Source: Minisyncoccota bacterium
GTDB taxonomy: Bacteria; Patescibacteriota; Minisyncoccia; Phycocordibacterales; UBA9973
Direction of reading: 5' to 3'
Assembly (NCBI GenBank): GCA_041662205.1
Contig: JBAZSZ010000001.1
Location: 81,973 to 145,972 of the forward strand
Length of the DNA stretch: 64,000 bases
Below are positions 1 to 9,907 of the stretch, in pieces (the first letter of the stretch is position 1; the number at the start of each line of letters is the position of its first letter). Under the pieces are notes generated by a model. That model saw only the letters and a program-made list of their open reading frames with translations. It was not told the origin of the DNA and did no database searches. Made by a program: the position numbers and the translations under genes.

Positions 1-825
1 TGGGAATGCCGACACCGCTACGAACTTGACTGGTCTCACTGCTTCTATTACTAATTTGAATTCGGTAACGGGAGTGTTAGGATCAGCTGCTTTTACGGCT
101 AGTACTTCTTATGATGCTGCCGGCTCAGCCGCCGCAGTCACGCCCACTAGTTTAGGTTTAGTCATTGGTACTGATGTTCTTGCTTACCGTACCTTCGGCT
201 CAGCCGCCAACAGTGCGACGACGGATTTTGCTGCTGCCCTCGGAGCCGATGACAATTATGTCACCGATGCACAACTCGTTGTCCTCGGTAATACCTCCGG
301 CACCAACTCTGGCAACAATGCGGCGAACTCCACCTATGCCAATGATTACCGTGCTGCCAACTTTGTGGCTGGGACCAATTACTTGGCACCGAATGGCTCC
401 GCCGCTCTCCTCACTTCTTTCCCCACGCTCAACCAGAGTACGACTGGGAATGCCGACACCGCTACGAACTTGACTGGTCTCACTGCTTCTATTACTAATT
501 TGAATTCGGTAACGGGAGTGTTAGGATCAGCTGCTTTTACGGCTAGTACTTCTTATGATGCTGCCGGCTCAGCCGCCGCAGTCACGCCCACTAGTTTAGG
601 TTTAGTCATTGGTACTGATGTTCTTGCTTACCGTACCTTCGGCTCAGCCGCCAACAGTGCGACGACGGATTTTGCTGCTGCCCTCGGAGCCGATGACAAT
701 TATGTCACCGATGCACAACTCGTTGTCCTCGGTAATACCTCCGGCACCAACTCTGGCAACAATGCGGCGAACTCCACCTATGCCAATGATTACCGTGCTG
801 CCAACTTTGTGGCTGGGACCAATTA
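1..825 (+). repeat. Intragenic tandem repeat, period 444 bp (148 aa)
   Basis: 1..381 recurs at 445..825 with no differences seen by eye; more copies may lie upstream of the window. Confidence 0.95.
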
Positions 826-2554
826 TCAAGCTCCTTTAGTTTCAAATTCAAATATCAAAACTGTTAATGGCACTTCTCTTCTCGGTAGTGGAGATATTAC
901 TCAGACATCTGTTTCAGGTAACGCGGGGACCGTCACTAACGCTACCTTTACCACGGCGCTGACGGTCAATACTGGAACCCTCACTTTGACTGCCAACGCT
1001 GCCAACACTTCTGTTCTCACTATCGGAGCTGGAGCAGTTTCAGTTTCTGGAAGTAATACCGGGGATCAGACTTTAGCAGGCCTAGGTGCCGCTGCCGCTA
1101 ATGGTTCCAACTGGACTTTTGCTTCCCAAGCAATCGGAGATTTAGCTTACGCAACTAGCGCCACTGCTTATGGAAGACTAGCAGATGTAGCAACTGGAAG
1201 TGTCTTAATCTCTGGTGGTGTTGGGGTGGCCCCATCTTGGTCTACCACTCCGACTTTTACTGGTACTAATATTTCTGGTACGGCGGCTAACTTGACTGCT
1301 GGTCATGTCACCAACGGCACCTTTACTACGGCGTTGACGGTTAACGGCGGTACAGGTGGCACAATCACATGGCCAACTGGTGCACCGACTTTAACAATTC
1401 CAAGTGGCGGGGGAACGTTGGGTACAGGTGCTTTTGCGACAATTGCTAACTATGCCCCACTTGCTTCCCCGACTTTTACTGGTACAGTTACTCTGCCGAG
1501 TGGCACAACACTTACTGCGCCAAAGTTTGTCGATCTTGGTTTTATTGCGGATGCTAATGGTAACGAAATGATTATTTTTGATACAGTGACTTCTGCTGTT
1601 AATGAAATCACGCTAGCAAACGCAGCTACAACTGCCAGCCCAACAATTTCCGCTTCTGGTGAAACAAATGTATCTTTGAATATTAAAGCCAAAGGCACTG
1701 GTAGTGTAGATGTTGGTAATACTGCTGGTACATTAGCATTTTCTATAGATTCTTCTGGTAATGTTCTCATACTACCAACATATTCTGTAACAGTAGGTGC
1801 GACTAATCGTGATCTGTATATAGATAATACTGGTAAGATTGGTTATGTTTCTTCCGCCGAGCGTTATAAAAAAGATATTTCTAATATGGAAAATATTTCT
1901 TGGCTGTATGATTTGCGCCCAGTCAATTATGTGTATAAAAATGATTCGTTGGGACGAAAGCAATATGGACTTATTGCTGAAGAAGTAGACAAGGTCAATC
2001 CGCTGTTTGTGAGCTATAATGACCAAGGACAGCCAGAAACGGTGCAGTATTCAATGTTCGCACCGGTGTTGATTAAAGCAATTCAGGAACTAAATTTAAA
2101 TTTTGAAGCTGTTGCAGGTACCGTCACTCCACTTACTGGATCTGCTTCCGAATCTTTTGTGAATGTATTCTTTAGTAATATTAAAAATACCATCGGCACA
2201 TGGCTCGCAGATGCTACAAATGGAGTGACAGATGTTTTCGCAAATGTATTTAATGCTAAAGAAAAAATCTGTGTAGATGGGGAATGCTTAACGAAGGATG
2301 ATATTCACGCCTTGCTTTTACTCGCGCATCCGACGACCACCCCGCCTCCTGCTTCAGCGGGCGAGTCGGTACCTGTTCCAGCGCCAGAAATTCCGACGTG
2401 TGTCGATCCTCAAACTTTAGTAAATAATGTTTGCATGGATCCAGCAATCGAGTCTCCGGTAGTCACTTGTTCTGATGGCATTCAAAACCAAGATGAAACT
2501 GACATAGACACTGGAGGAGTTTGTGTTCCAATTCCAGCTGAAATAGTGCCGTAA
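1..2554 (+). CDS. 5'-partial large Thr/Gly/Ala-rich tail-fibre/adhesin-like surface protein with Peptidase_S74 intramolecular chaperone domain
   Basis: Frame is open from the window start. SSAERYKKDI...LRPVNY.YK...GLIAEEV..V.P..V....G....V.Y....PVLIKAIQEL matches the S74 chaperone pattern; C-terminal CSDGIQNQDETDID motif. Confidence 0.8.
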   Translation, partial: GNADTATNLTGLTASITNLNSVTGVLGSAAFTASTSYDAAGSAAAVTPTSLGLVIGTDVLAYRTFGSAANSATTDFAAALGADDNYVTDAQLVVLGNTSGTNSGNNAANSTYANDYRAANFVAGTNYLAPNGSAALLTSFPTLNQSTTGNADTATNLTGLTASITNLNSVTGVLGSAAFTASTSYDAAGSAAAVTPTSLGLVIGTDVLAYRTFGSAANSATTDFAAALGADDNYVTDAQLVVLGNTSGTNSGNNAANSTYANDYRAANFVAGTNYQAPLVSNSNIKTVNGTSLLGSGDITQTSVSGNAGTVTNATFTTALTVNTGTLTLTANAANTSVLTIGAGAVSVSGSNTGDQTLAGLGAAAANGSNWTFASQAIGDLAYATSATAYGRLADVATGSVLISGGVGVAPSWSTTPTFTGTNISGTAANLTAGHVTNGTFTTALTVNGGTGGTITWPTGAPTLTIPSGGGTLGTGAFATIANYAPLASPTFTGTVTLPSGTTLTAPKFVDLGFIADANGNEMIIFDTVTSAVNEITLANAATTASPTISASGETNVSLNIKAKGTGSVDVGNTAGTLAFSIDSSGNVLILPTYSVTVGATNRDLYIDNTGKIGYVSSAERYKKDISNMENISWLYDLRPVNYVYKNDSLGRKQYGLIAEEVDKVNPLFVSYNDQGQPETVQYSMFAPVLIKAIQELNLNFEAVAGTVTPLTGSASESFVNVFFSNIKNTIGTWLADATNGVTDVFANVFNAKEKICVDGECLTKDDIHALLLLAHPTTTPPPASAGESVPVPAPEIPTCVDPQTLVNNVCMDPAIESPVVTCSDGIQNQDETDIDTGGVCVPIPAEIVP

Positions 2555-2643
2555 AAATGAAAATACGTTGTATCTGTGTTTATGAAAGTGCATGATATAA
2601 TATTGAGTAGATAGTAATTAATTTTTTTTAATTAAAAAAGCAA

Positions 2644-3420
2644 ATGAAACACATAAAAAAAATAGTCTTTATCTTAACGTGTGTATTTTCTTTCCTTATT
2701 ATTTTTGGTGGTACTTTGACAGCGCAAGCTTATTCGTGTACTGGCACCAGCACGATCACTTGCACTTTTTCTTTTACTGGAAGTTTAGAAAATTGGACGG
2801 TTCCGGCGGGAGTTAATTCGATTAGCGTGACTGCAAAAGGAGCTGGCGGAGGCGGTGGTGGCAGTGATAATTCAGGCAATCAAACCGTTGGCATTAACGG
2901 TGATTTGGCTACAACCACAGTCAGTGTTACGCCCTTAGAAACACTGACAATTATTGTTGCTGGTGGCGGGATAAAAGGTGTTAATGATGGTTCTGGTAGT
3001 GCCGGAGGAGCAGGATATACAAATGGCGGTACTGGTGGAAACGGGGAATACTATGGGTATTGTGGAGATTCTGATGCAGATGAATGGGCATATGGTGGCG
3101 CAGGCGCAGGCGGATCCAGTGGAATAAAAAGAAACACCACTAGGCTTGTTGAGGCAAAAGGAGGAGATGGGGGAAAATCATCAGATTATGGTGGAGCTTG
3201 TGCTTATAATAATGGTGGATCAGGGGGCATAGGAGGGGGTAGTAATTATCCCGCTCTTACAACACAATATGGCGGTGGAACTGGTGGTGCTTTTGATACT
3301 GACGGTGGGAATGGTTCACTTATTCTAACTTATACGGGAGCCCCTTCCTCTTCTATATTTTCTTTTTATGCCGGTTCGTCGGGTTTTCGTATTTTTAGCC
3401 CCTTTCGCATTTTTTACTAA
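2644..3420 (+). CDS. Secreted glycine-rich domain protein
   Basis: Signal peptide (..TAQA), then WTVPAGVNSISVTAKGAGGGGG and many GG.GG motifs. Confidence 0.75.
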   Translation: MKHIKKIVFILTCVFSFLIIFGGTLTAQAYSCTGTSTITCTFSFTGSLENWTVPAGVNSISVTAKGAGGGGGGSDNSGNQTVGINGDLATTTVSVTPLETLTIIVAGGGIKGVNDGSGSAGGAGYTNGGTGGNGEYYGYCGDSDADEWAYGGAGAGGSSGIKRNTTRLVEAKGGDGGKSSDYGGACAYNNGGSGGIGGGSNYPALTTQYGGGTGGAFDTDGGNGSLILTYTGAPSSSIFSFYAGSSGFRIFSPFRIFY

Positions 3421-3459
3421 AAATAGCATTAAGACTTACCGATAGAAGTATAGAATTTC

Positions 3460-4779
3460 TTATTTAGTCTTTGTTTCTTTAGGATCCTTACTATTAGTAT
3501 CTTTTGATATTAAATGATGAAGTGATTTGTGTTCGTCGGTATTTAAGATTCCGCAATCTTTGAATTTTTTGCTACTCCCGCAGGAACAGAGTTCATCTGG
3601 AGCGCATTTATTTATCGAAACAATTCTTGTAGGTTTGAATCCATTAAAGAAAGAAGAAGAAGCGGTAGTATAAGCACCGATATTTTCGGCATAAAGCAAA
3701 TCATCTATTTCTAAATCCTCTGGTAATTCATCTGCTAGGGAAATAGTGTCAAAAGCATCACAAGTAGGGCCGAAAGTAGCACAAACTTTTTTTTCTCCAT
3801 CTTTAAATGAATGAAGAGGATAGCTTTGATGGTCGTAAATTTGTCCAGAAAAAGTATTGTAAACTCCGTCATCTAGATAGTAGCAAGTCTTTCCATCACG
3901 GATGGATTTACCGATAATTTTTGTTACTAAAGTGCAGGTGTTCGCTACCATGAATCTTCCTGGCTCAGCGATAACATCTACATCTCCATTAAACATTCTT
4001 TTGATTTCTGAGTTTATTTTTCTAGCTAACATCGGAAAAGGTTTTACGTCCGGTGTATATTTGACAGGGAACCCACCACCGATATCGAGGACTTTCATTT
4101 TCTTGCCGTCTTTATCTATGAAGCCTATGTCGAGACCTCTCAATTTTGCTTCTTTAAAAATTGAAGAAGCTAAAGAAAGAGCTAAAACGTAATTTTCAAA
4201 ATTATTACATTGGCTACCGACATGAAAGCTGATGCCTTCCACACCTAGCCCCATACCTATTGCCTCGCTCATCAAGTCTACTGCTTCTCCTGGGTGAACA
4301 CCGAATTTACTTGAAAGCTCCACCATGGAGCCAGTGTTAGGTACGCGAATTCGAAGTACTAAACGCACATCTGGAGCATTTTTCTTTATTTTTTTTAATT
4401 CTTCAATGTTATCAAAAGTAACTAAGGGTTTGTAAATATTCAACTTTTTTAAAATTGAAGCCGGCTTAATAGTATTGGCATAAATAATATTATCCCAGAT
4501 ATATTGTTGTCTTTCTTTTTCTCCCAAGTGTTTGATATTGTTGTAAACTTTCATAAATTCCTGAAAAGAAGCCACATCAAAACTAGCCCCCATGTCATAC
4601 ATGGTTTTTATGATATCAGTGTCAGAGTTAGATTTGACGGCAAAATACGCTTGAACTGTTGGCAATTTTTCCTTGAATTCTAAATAGTTCTGTCTCAGTT
4701 TTTCATGATCCACCACTAAAAGCGGAGTACCATGTTTGGCTGCGAGTTCTTGTAATTGTTTTTTTTGTTGGGTGTTCAT
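3460..4779 (-). CDS. Fold-type III PLP-dependent ornithine (Lys/Orn) decarboxylase with C-terminal SEC-C-like motif
   Basis: FAVKSN (PLP lysine), SFHVGSQ, DIGGGFP, EPGRF, GPTCDAFD, GAYT; tail CSCGSSKKFKDCG. Confidence 0.85.
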   Translation of the reverse strand: MNTQQKKQLQELAAKHGTPLLVVDHEKLRQNYLEFKEKLPTVQAYFAVKSNSDTDIIKTMYDMGASFDVASFQEFMKVYNNIKHLGEKERQQYIWDNIIYANTIKPASILKKLNIYKPLVTFDNIEELKKIKKNAPDVRLVLRIRVPNTGSMVELSSKFGVHPGEAVDLMSEAIGMGLGVEGISFHVGSQCNNFENYVLALSLASSIFKEAKLRGLDIGFIDKDGKKMKVLDIGGGFPVKYTPDVKPFPMLARKINSEIKRMFNGDVDVIAEPGRFMVANTCTLVTKIIGKSIRDGKTCYYLDDGVYNTFSGQIYDHQSYPLHSFKDGEKKVCATFGPTCDAFDTISLADELPEDLEIDDLLYAENIGAYTTASSSFFNGFKPTRIVSINKCAPDELCSCGSSKKFKDCGILNTDEHKSLHHLISKDTNSKDPKETKTK

Positions 4780-4861
4780 TTTTTTCTAACTGAAAAAATA
4801 TTATTTAAATAGTTCAGTTATTGTAGAGCAAATAGAAACTATGTCAAGCAAATACTACATA

Positions 4862-5950
4862 TTATTTTAAATAGTTTTTCTTGAATAGAAGTTCAGCGTT
4901 TAAAATTCCTCCACCAGCAGCTCCGCGAACAGTGTTATGGCTCAAAGACATGAATTTGTAATCAAAAATTTTGCATTTTCTTAAACGTCCTACAGTTACC
5001 GCCATCCCTTTATCATTATCTCTATCCTTTTTTGGCTGGGGACGATTTTCTTCTTCTTTATAAATAATAGGACAAATAGGAGCAGAAGGAAGTTTTAATT
5101 CCTGAGGTAATCCTTTAAATTTTCTCCAAATTTCTATAATTTTTTCTGCTGTTGGTTTTTTGTTTTTAAATAAAATATTAATACAAGCCAAGTGCCCATC
5201 AGTTACCGGCACTCTGGTGCAGTGAGCAGATATTTCTAGATCTTTTTTTTGAATAAATTTTCCATTTTTGATACTACCTAAAATTTTTAAGGGTTCTATT
5301 TCTGTTTTTTCTTCTTCGCCTCCAATATAAGGAACGACATTATCGATCATATCCAAGCTGGGGACTCCGGGGTAGCCTGCTCCAGAGACAGCTTGGAGCG
5401 TAGTGATAAATATTTTTTTAATTGGATAGCCTGCTTTTTCTAAAGCAAAAATAGGAGTCAGGTAGCTTTGTAGACTACAGTTTGGCTTCACCACGATAAA
5501 ACCTTTTTTCCAATTGTGGTTTTTCTTTTGTATCTCAATCATTTCTAAATGTTCTCCATTAATTTCTGGAATAAGCATTGGTACATCTAAAGTAGGGCGA
5601 TTGGCGGAAGCATTAGAAACCACTGGGATTCCGGCTTCGGCATATTTTTCTTCTATTTCCTTAATTGCTTCTTTATTAGGAATTTCAAATGCTGAAAAAA
5701 CAAAATCACATGTTTTTTTAGCTTTTTCTATATCAGCCACATCAGCCACTAAAATATTTTTTACATTTTCCGGAATTGCGGAATTCATCTGCCAGCGATT
5801 TTTGACAGCTGTGCTGTAATTTTTATTAGCAGAATTAGCCGAAGCTGCTAAATATACCACTTCAAAATAAGGATGATTTTCCAATAAGCGAATATAATTT
5901 TGACCCACCATCCCGGTGGCGCCCAGAATTCCAACTTTTAATTTCTTCAT
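4862..5950 (-). CDS. asd: Aspartate-semialdehyde dehydrogenase
   Basis: GATGMVGQ, PNCS catalytic Cys, QAVSGAG, RVPVTDGH, HNTVRGAAG. Confidence 0.93.
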   Translation of the reverse strand: MKKLKVGILGATGMVGQNYIRLLENHPYFEVVYLAASANSANKNYSTAVKNRWQMNSAIPENVKNILVADVADIEKAKKTCDFVFSAFEIPNKEAIKEIEEKYAEAGIPVVSNASANRPTLDVPMLIPEINGEHLEMIEIQKKNHNWKKGFIVVKPNCSLQSYLTPIFALEKAGYPIKKIFITTLQAVSGAGYPGVPSLDMIDNVVPYIGGEEEKTEIEPLKILGSIKNGKFIQKKDLEISAHCTRVPVTDGHLACINILFKNKKPTAEKIIEIWRKFKGLPQELKLPSAPICPIIYKEEENRPQPKKDRDNDKGMAVTVGRLRKCKIFDYKFMSLSHNTVRGAAGGGILNAELLFKKNYLK

Positions 5951-5978
5951 AGTTTTTTTTATTTATTTATTTAATAAA

Positions 5979-6842
5979 TTAATTATACACGATTTTACCA
6001 ACTTTTGTCTTTAATTTGGGATTTATAAGAGAAGTTATTTCTAGTGGAGTATTGAATAATTTAGCATATTGAATTGCTTTATCGTGGATTATTCTTCCAG
6101 CCTTTTCTGCCTCTCGATAGCTAATAGTTGGGAGATTCTTTGCTTCTGGAGCAATTTTGGGATCAGCAGAAAAAACTCCACCGACATCTTTCCAAAGAAT
6201 TATTTTTTTTGCTCGCAAAGCAGAACCGACAAAGCAAGCCGTAGTATCTGTACCACCTCTTCCTAGAGTTGTGGTTTTACCTTCTTTTGTTTTACCGGTA
6301 AAGCCGGGAATGACTGGAATTTCTTTTAGATCATTAATTTTTTCTTGAACATTTTTTTGGGAGATTTTGTAAATAATATTGGCATTTCTAAAATTATCAT
6401 CAGTCATTATAGGGATTTCTTCTGCCAAGAATCTTCTGGCTGGCAATCCAAGCATCTCTAGATAAAAGGTAAAAATAGTGGCAGACAATTTTTCTCCATA
6501 AGCTACAATTTTATCCTCGTTTGCGGATATAGTTTTGTCCAATTCAAGATCTTTTTCCATATTGTCAAATAATTTATTTAATTCATTTTTGGCCTTTTTC
6601 TGCCATTCTTTTTTGAATCCTAGATCTATCATTACTTGAAAATTTGTCTTTTTGAATTTTCTTAAAAAAGCTCTATCTTTAATTGTTAAAAGTTCATTCG
6701 TGACTCCGGGTAAGGCTGAAATTACCACGACTGGTTGATAGCCATCTTTTATTTGTTCACGTAAACGTTCCACCATTAGAGGAATAAAATTTTTAATTAA
6801 AATACCTCCTCCGAATTTATTAACGATTATTTTTTTGGGCAT
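5979..6842 (-). CDS. Aspartokinase, catalytic domain only (no ACT domains)
   Basis: KFGG, VVISA, GEKLSA, TTLGRGGTDTTA, KDVGGVFSADP; only 287 aa. Confidence 0.85.
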   Translation of the reverse strand: MPKKIIVNKFGGGILIKNFIPLMVERLREQIKDGYQPVVVISALPGVTNELLTIKDRAFLRKFKKTNFQVMIDLGFKKEWQKKAKNELNKLFDNMEKDLELDKTISANEDKIVAYGEKLSATIFTFYLEMLGLPARRFLAEEIPIMTDDNFRNANIIYKISQKNVQEKINDLKEIPVIPGFTGKTKEGKTTTLGRGGTDTTACFVGSALRAKKIILWKDVGGVFSADPKIAPEAKNLPTISYREAEKAGRIIHDKAIQYAKLFNTPLEITSLINPKLKTKVGKIVYN

Positions 6843-6974
6843 TTATTTGAAATAAAACTAAGTTTTTTCAATATACCTTATTTTCTTCAAAAAACAAAGA
6901 AAAAAAAGATTGACTTTAAGGTGGTAAGTAGTAAACTATTCTTATTATAATTTTATTATTTTTTTAAAAAAAAT

Positions 6975-8225
6975 ATGGCTAAAATACTTGTAATAGGTTC
7001 TGGGAATGTGGGCAGAGTGGGTTTGCATAAGATGGCTCAATATCCTGAAATTTTTTCTGATATTCATGTAGTCAGTCGTACCACTAAAAACTCTGAAGCA
7101 GTGAAGGCTTCAATTTTAAAAAAGACACGCGGGAAAGTAAAAATAAATGTACACCAAGGAGACGCTGGGGACAAGAAATTTTTACTAGAGCTTTTTAAAA
7201 AAGTGAAGCCTGATATCTTGGTGCATTTTGGGCTGTCCTATGACAATTTAGTCATTATGGATGTTTGCTTGGAAATGGGTGTGAATTATATCGATACCTG
7301 TTGTTATGAAGATCCTAAAAAATACGGTTTTTCTTACAAATTGCAATTAGCCAAAGACAAAGATTTTAAGAAAAAAGGATTGCTAGCAGTTACTGGTTTA
7401 GGATTTGCTCCGGGGGTAACAAATATTTTTGCTGCTTACGCGCGAGATTATCTTTTTGATAAAATAGACACCATTGATATCATTGATTGCAATGGTGGTT
7501 CGAAAGATAAAAAAATAAAATTTGCTCCGAATTTTAATCCAGAAATTAATTTACGAGAATTAATTTTACCGATTTCTTTTTGGGAAAAAGGGAAGTGGCA
7601 GAAACGCGGACGTTTGATCGACGAAGACGCATCTTTTTTTGAATTTGATTTTCCAGAGACTGGCAAGTTTACTCCCTATTTGATGTATCATGAGGAATTG
7701 GAAACTTTGGTTTCTCGCATTCCACATCTAAAAAGAGCAAGATTTTGGATGACCTTTTCACCGGTTTATCTTTCTTACTTGCGAGTATTGTTTGATGTTG
7801 GTATGACCAGAATTGATCCAGTTAAATATAATGGTTGCGAAGTTGTCCCAGTAAAATTCTTGAAAGCTCTCTTGCCTACGGGGGACGATTTCAATGAAGG
7901 TTATAAAGGCAAAACTATTGCCGGTGATATTATTTCTGGAGTTAAGGATGGTAAGAAAAAAGTAGTTTATGTTTATAATGTTACCGATCATCATAAGGCA
8001 TTTTTAGAAACTGGTGGCAATGGAATAGGATACAATACAGCTGTCCCTACAGTCGCATGCGCCAAGCTGATGCTAGAGGGTAAGTGGGGTGGTAGCGGCG
8101 TAAAGGTTCCCGAGGACAAAACTCTCGATTCAAAGGTATTTTTAGAAGAGATGGATAAAATGGGTTTGCCTTGGGTCGTTAAAAAACTAAAAGATCTTCC
8201 TCTCCAACTGAAGAAAAATTATTAA
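6975..8225 (+). CDS. Carboxy(nor)spermidine dehydrogenase (saccharopine dehydrogenase-like)
   Basis: GSGNVG Rossmann motif, GFAPGVTN, DCNGG, FAPNFNPEINLRE, YHEELETL, RFWMTF; adjacent to nspC. Confidence 0.88.
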   Translation: MAKILVIGSGNVGRVGLHKMAQYPEIFSDIHVVSRTTKNSEAVKASILKKTRGKVKINVHQGDAGDKKFLLELFKKVKPDILVHFGLSYDNLVIMDVCLEMGVNYIDTCCYEDPKKYGFSYKLQLAKDKDFKKKGLLAVTGLGFAPGVTNIFAAYARDYLFDKIDTIDIIDCNGGSKDKKIKFAPNFNPEINLRELILPISFWEKGKWQKRGRLIDEDASFFEFDFPETGKFTPYLMYHEELETLVSRIPHLKRARFWMTFSPVYLSYLRVLFDVGMTRIDPVKYNGCEVVPVKFLKALLPTGDDFNEGYKGKTIAGDIISGVKDGKKKVVYVYNVTDHHKAFLETGGNGIGYNTAVPTVACAKLMLEGKWGGSGVKVPEDKTLDSKVFLEEMDKMGLPWVVKKLKDLPLQLKKNY

Positions 8226-8245
8226 TCAAGTTGCTAATATTGTAA

Positions 8246-9496
8246 ATGGCTAATCAAACATGTCTAATAAAGACAGAGAATCATCTGGGTCACGGAGAGC
8301 CAACAACCGAACCTTGGAGTACTGGTAAAGGATGGAAAGCAGAAGATTTTGTAAATCTAGAAACTCCTTGTTTTGTGGTAGACGAAAAGAAGATAGAACA
8401 CAACCTAAAGATACTAAGCAGAGTCCAGAAACAAGCTGGCTGTAAAATTCTGCTCGCCTTGAAAGGATTTTCAATGTTTAGTGTTTCTCCACTAGTAAAA
8501 AAATATTTATCCGGAACTGAAGCTAGCTCTATTGATGAAGCACGATTAGGCTGTGAAGAATTTAGCGGTGAAACGCATACTTTTTCGCCTGCTTACACAG
8601 AAAAAAATATTGCTGATTATATAAAATATTCTGATCATCTTATTTTTAATTCTTTCTCTCAGTGGAAAAGAATCCGACCGATAATTTTAAAAAGTAAAAA
8701 CCTGCCTGCCGGTAGGCATGGGAAGGTTTCTTGTGGCTTGCGGGTCAATCCCGAGCATTGCGAAACAGGCACACCCATGTATGATCCCTGCGGACCGAAT
8801 TCTCGATTAGGCATAATTAGAAAAAATTTTGAAGAACAGGAATTGGGTGGCATAGAAGGTTTGCATTACCACAATCTTTGTCAGCTGAATGCTGATGCGA
8901 TGGTACGAACCCTTGAAGCATTTGAAGAAAAATTTGGGGAATTTTTACCGAGAATGAAATGGGTGAACTTCGGTGGCGGACACCATATTACCCGCCGTGA
9001 TTATGATGTTGATCTTTTAATTAAAACAATTAAAGCTTTTAAAAAGCGACATCCTCATTTGCAAGTTTATTTGGAACCAGGTGAAGCCGTAGGGTTAAAT
9101 GCTGGGGTTTTGGTAACCTCAGTGGAAGATATTATTGATAATGACATGAATATAGCTATTCTTGATTTTTCGGCTGCTGCGCATGTGCCAGATATTCTCG
9201 AGATGCCATACAAGCCGACTATCCTAGGAGCTGATACGGGAAAAAAATATCCTCATCTTTATCGTCTTGGTGGCCCTTCTTGTCTAGCTGGAGATGTTAT
9301 CGGTAATTATACTTTTAAAAAGAAATTAGCTATCGGTGATAAAATGATATTTTTAAATATGGCGATTTACACTATGGTTAAAACCAATACTTTTAACGGT
9401 ATCAGGCTGCCATCAATTTTTCTTAGAAAATTATCAGGGAAATTTAAACTTGTAAAAAAATTTGGATATCAAGATTTTAAGGAAAGACTCTCCTGA
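8246..9496 (+). CDS. nspC: Carboxy(nor)spermidine decarboxylase
   Basis: LLALKGFS, YDPC...SRLG, GLHYHNLC, GGGHHIT, EPGEA, PDILEMPY, CLAGD, YTMVKTNTFNGIRLP. Confidence 0.92.
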   Translation: MANQTCLIKTENHLGHGEPTTEPWSTGKGWKAEDFVNLETPCFVVDEKKIEHNLKILSRVQKQAGCKILLALKGFSMFSVSPLVKKYLSGTEASSIDEARLGCEEFSGETHTFSPAYTEKNIADYIKYSDHLIFNSFSQWKRIRPIILKSKNLPAGRHGKVSCGLRVNPEHCETGTPMYDPCGPNSRLGIIRKNFEEQELGGIEGLHYHNLCQLNADAMVRTLEAFEEKFGEFLPRMKWVNFGGGHHITRRDYDVDLLIKTIKAFKKRHPHLQVYLEPGEAVGLNAGVLVTSVEDIIDNDMNIAILDFSAAAHVPDILEMPYKPTILGADTGKKYPHLYRLGGPSCLAGDVIGNYTFKKKLAIGDKMIFLNMAIYTMVKTNTFNGIRLPSIFLRKLSGKFKLVKKFGYQDFKERLS

Positions 9497-9513
9497 AAAA
9501 TATAAGTAATAGA

Positions 9514-9549
9514 AAATCCCCCGCTTGTAGGCAGGGGACTCTCATTTTT
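9514..9549. terminator. Bidirectional terminator between convergent nspC and rnpB
   Basis: AATCCCCCGC-TTGTAG-GCAGGGGACT hairpin with T-rich tails on both strands. Confidence 0.65.
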
Positions 9550-9552
9550 TTT

Positions 9553-9843
9553 GTAGGTATCTATAAGCCGAATTTTGTTCTCCGACCAAGGTCGGAGTGA
9601 CAGCAATTTGTCTAGGCCTCTCATTACTGACAGGCTCAAGCGATTCTATCCGACCTAAGTCGGATCACGATCTTGCACAAGAGTAAGTATTTAGCCGTTT
9701 CACCCGAACTAAATCGGTTCGTCACTGTTCGCAACTCCATATCACTATGGGAGGGAATTACCCTCTACTTTTCCAGATTAAACTGGTTTGTGTTCGGACT
9801 TTCCTCTCTATCCTAAAGGTTAGAGTAGCTATCCGATACCTAC
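9553..9843 (-). ncRNA. rnpB: RNase P RNA (compact, about 290 nt)
   Basis: Minus strand has GAGGAAAGTCCGAAC near the 5' end and ACAAAATTCGGCTTAT near the 3' end; P1 helix GTAGGTATC/GATACCTAC. Confidence 0.93.
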
Positions 9844-9872
9844 CTTTTTATTATATCATACTTGCTTATTGC

Positions 9873-9901
9873 TTGCATTTTTTTTGCAAGTATGCTATGA
9901 T
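9873..9901 (+). promoter_or_regulatory. Sigma70-type promoter divergent from rnpB
   Basis: TTGCAT-17 bp-TATGAT with extended TG. Confidence 0.6.
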
Positions 9902-9907
9902 TTCTTT

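Noticed and set aside
165-839. Repeated alternative-frame ORFs
   Set aside because: By-products of the 444-bp tandem repeat.
6975-8225. Lysine-pathway saccharopine dehydrogenase
   Set aside because: Adjacent nspC and the NFNPEINLRE/HEE motifs indicate carboxyspermidine dehydrogenase.
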